Positions 60,518-64,000 of a stretch of DNA of 64,000 nt are shown here, one piece after another. The DNA is from Toensbergia leucococca (taxonomy: Eukaryota). The DNA lies in assembly GCA_022813965.1 (NCBI GenBank), contig JALDZS010000130.1, positions 1 to 64,000 of the forward strand, read 5' to 3'. The translations under genes and the position numbers were made by a program. Positions within the stretch are counted from its first letter, which is position 1. Every line of letters starts with the position of its first letter. A model generated the notes under the pieces. It ran no database searches and was not told the DNA's origin. It worked only from the letters and a program-made list of their open reading frames with translations.

Positions 60518-63500
60518 CGTTTTGAGCTGCTGGATATGTTGAGTGGTGTGTGGTTGGGGAGAGGTCGCTATGTACGACTAAGGTGGCTTTAGTCGTTATA
60601 TGAGAGATGCAAATCCATCGCGGTCATCGTTTTTGAGGATGAACGTTCTTCTGGCTGAAGTGCATGACAGAGACGGGCCGATTGGATTTCCGGCTCCAGT
60701 ACGGATACGGATACCTCCCTGCCTCCTGCGTCACGTGAAGGTAGGTCTACGGTGCCACGGTGCATCACAGGACTCCGCGCCACTCGCGCGAAACCCTTTT
60801 TTAGAATAGGTAGTACTCGTACGAGTATCCGTATGATGATGGGAGTGACGGTTGCCGCGAAGCCTTCAAATAGTACTCATCGGATAGATTTGAAAACACT
60901 TCAACACCACTGCCTTGGATAATTGAGCTTTTTTCCCCCTAGCCACCCTTTTCCTCTTTTTCCCATAGAGTCCGAGAACTTTGTTGAAAGCGGATTATAA
61001 GCCTAGAATATCGTGCATCAATTGAGTCCATCCTCATTCATCTCATTTACTGGCCCCTAGAGTAGATCATTAAAGAGTAGTCTACGAGACTACTGATGTT
61101 CTAATCTGTTTCAAGAGTGCCGCTAACTTAGTCGCAGAGCACACAGTCGAGGGAGTGACCAGCATGGATAGAAGAAACGACTTTCAATTGCGTTGACTAT
61201 CCCACTCAATAACTAGAATTCCTTCGCTACCCATTTCTATCATGTATATAATCGATCGTGCTATGGCTTTGATATGTTTCATATCATTGCAATTGATACT
61301 TGACAAATGTAAATTAAAACAGAATATCACGATCTTAATTGAGATTGAATATTGCGATGTCAATGATGATACAAAGGATAAAAGACCACGCAGATAATGA
61401 AGAATGAATTAAAAAATGTTTTAACATCCGATGAATAGGCCACAACATGAGGGCTAATGAACTTGAAGTAATTTGAGAATGATGTGTTCCCTGTTCGAAT
61501 AACCTTCAGTGTGACTTCAGACAAAATTGGTGGTCTAGTTGTTTTGTAGTCAAAGCTGTGGCTGCGAGCTTGGTATTAAAGTTTAAAGCCACGCAATCCA
61601 TGAAGAACCTTGAATATGATGAATTTAGTCATGAAAACCCTTGATGCGAGGCCCAGTTAAATGCACCAGGGAAGCAACTGACGTTGGTCCTCAGGTGACC
61701 AAGCGTTGATTATTCAGTCTAACGCTAGAAGAGTCCGCAATAAGATTCACGGCGGAAAGACGAGCCAGCGAATTAGGATTGATGTGATTAGTTGACAGCA
61801 GTAAGCTAACGCTCTCTCGTTTATCAAAGGTCTTTGAAAAAGTCAATGATGTGGAGGTCTTTTTCAACGAATGTCTAAGGATTGACAGGAAACTCTCATG
61901 CTTGTTGCAGTCACTTTCGCTCTTTCAGTTCAATGTAAGATAAGACATGAGTGACATCAGAAAGCATAAAACATGTCACCATGCACAAATGATACAAAGA
62001 CAGCACAGAAGAGTCAGTTTGCCGTGGCCTTTCCGAGTATGAGCAATGCCAGGCAGTCAAATGGACTGCTGTGAACTGATTCCGCCAAAAGTGTACGACC
62101 GATTTGACTTGGATGGTAGATCATGGCAACGTGAAAGCTGGCTGGACACCTTCAAATCGAATTGAGGTTGGAGACTCCTGTGACAAGCATGATAGGCGTG
62201 GAATACAACACGACCAGAACACTACAAAGAGAAATGATTTGCTATGTAAATGGGCAACGTCGAAATTATGACGATGAGAAGACGGATCAATCATACATGC
62301 CCAAAGAAGGATTCTTAATGCTGACCTTTCGTGGTGGATTATGCTATCCTTGAATGCTTAACAGAGCATACCCCACACTAGTAAACGTTCGCTCACAATA
62401 CGAAGGCACTCGGTTGAATTAGGGTAATAGAGAATCAAGGCAAACCCCACACTCACAGCTCAAAGCCGAGTCGTTGTTCGGCGACAGGGTGCCAAGCCCA
62501 CTTTAGTTAACGGGGCGCTCGGGATTGACATTTGGCGTTGTTGGATATGATGTATGTGATGAGACACGGCAGTAGACGTGATGGTGATAGGCTGCAATGT
62601 TCCTATGGATTGGAATGCTGGGTAGGCACGGTAGGTTGGAGGCTGGGGATAACGGTGCGACGGGAGAGCGAGTGGTAAACGAGTGGGGAGACACCAAACT
62701 CTATTTTGACGTGACTCGGCTAGGTCACTGGATCAGGAAAAAGATTCAGAAATTAATTGGCAATAATGCGGTTAAGTGGTGGCCGAATATGGACAGGAGA
62801 GCCTCATTTGACGCCGTTTAGCTGGCTCATGGGTCGGGCGCTGATAGTCGCACTAGGTAGGAGCGTTTCGTCGACTAGAACCCTGGCGAAGAAGTTAACA
62901 TCTCCCACCTCATGCCGTTGATTGGGACGAATCCTGATCATCCCTGGGATGTGGCATCACGGCAGTTCGCCATACCACGCTGGCTCCGCATAAGGTTTAC
63001 ACGCATGAGACCGCCTCCTCCTACCTTACATGTCGCTTGGAGTACGGGCATTTTGACGTTTTCCCATTATTATGGAGAGAACACTGGCGGTAAGACGGTA
63101 TGTGAGTAAAGGAAAGCGATGGACCGAGGTCTGTGCGTCACTGTCAGGTGAGCCACCAGGCGATGTGGGGCGTAGAAATGCAAGAAAGCGGAACCTGGCA
63201 GATGTCATGTAGCTGTCAAGGCTGCAGCAGTGTGCCAGCAACAGTGGTACTGGTGATAGAGAACGAGTAAGATGACGTAGAATGCTACTCGAATGCTCAT
63301 TAAGACGAGACAATCCCTGGACCATGATCAGCACCATTGACGCATCGACATGCCGGTACTGTCACCCACATGGTAACCCAAGCGTCAAACGGCTTCGGTA
63401 TACTGCTTCCACGGCTTGCTCCTGCATGGCACTTCTAAGACCGATGCATGTAGCTACCTATCTGACCAGCTCAAGGAGATGATGAAGGCCATGCGCCATC

Positions 63501-64000
63501 TGGAAATGGCTTCAGTGTCCTTCACCCTGGCCGTGGAGATCGACAAAAGCTTGCTCTTGTGGAAGTTTGATTCATTCCTACTCCCCAGATCAGACGAGTG
63601 CCTTGCTTTTGGTGATATCAAGGCCCCCCATCTATCGCCCGGGGAGTAGTCTTCTTCCTGGTCGGTAGGGGCGTTCATGCGCGTGCCGCCGGCTGCGGGA
63701 TCGTATCACGCCACGCAAGCATTGGGAACTCCTTCCGAAAGGCTCTTGTTGCAGCTAGAGGAAGCTTCCCTGGACTCGTTGTTGAATTCCTGCTCTCTAA
63801 ATTTCTTTTACCTTTTGACTGTGTTCAAAAGCGTTTGATATCCAGAGGCTCACAGTCCTGCAAGCATGACCCTCCTTCACAATGCACTGTCTTATTCCAA
63901 CATTCACCTGCTCCATCCTTGATTCATTCATCTTTGTCTTCCTCTTCCTCTTCCTCGGCGTACAAGTAAATACTTGCATCCTTCCTCCTGTCAAGTCACC

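Noticed and set aside
20330..60574. Shared 13-mer aggtcgctatgta at 20330 and 60562
   Set aside because: Dozens of 13-mer matches are expected by chance in 64 kb.
63920..64000. Possible last exon (...YAEEEEEEDKDE*) of a minus-strand gene entering from the right edge
   Set aside because: Too short and dependent on sequence outside the window.

Overview
Gene-dense 64 kb window from a filamentous ascomycete (Pezizomycotina). This is supported by short GT-AG introns with CTRAY branch points and by fungal orthologues. A lichen-forming Lecanoromycete is my low-confidence guess. I spliced about 23 protein-coding loci by hand. Core genes: an R3H/SUZ-like 3' fragment, DHA1 MFS transporter, EamA transporter, AXL2, GNAT, EFM6, an SPX-VTC-like protein, MPP10, MRPL8, MIC12, PBP1, BUD6, a JmjC/Cys-rich protein, COQ2, eIF3f, UTP25 and a NAT2/FAM210-like protein. 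Accessory content: a two-domain Cys-patterned effector-like gene (3.0-4.4 kb), an orphan Pro-rich ORF, and a ~10.5 kb block (42.6-53.1 kb) holding a frameshifted membrane-protein gene, an orphan P450, a GPI fasciclin and a Mid2-like sensor. I recognised no tRNA, rRNA, snRNA, CRISPR array or intact transposon. The most striking unexplained signal is a set of zones of extreme strand asymmetry. Genes there are C/A-rich in their 5' half and G/T-rich in their 3' half regardless of strand, strongly enough to reshape codon and amino-acid usage. Other signals are recurrent palindromic intergenic motifs, a nested hairpin and direct repeat at 48.1-48.8 kb, a GC-AG intron and a 15-nt microexon. All assignments come from motif recognition only; no searches were run.
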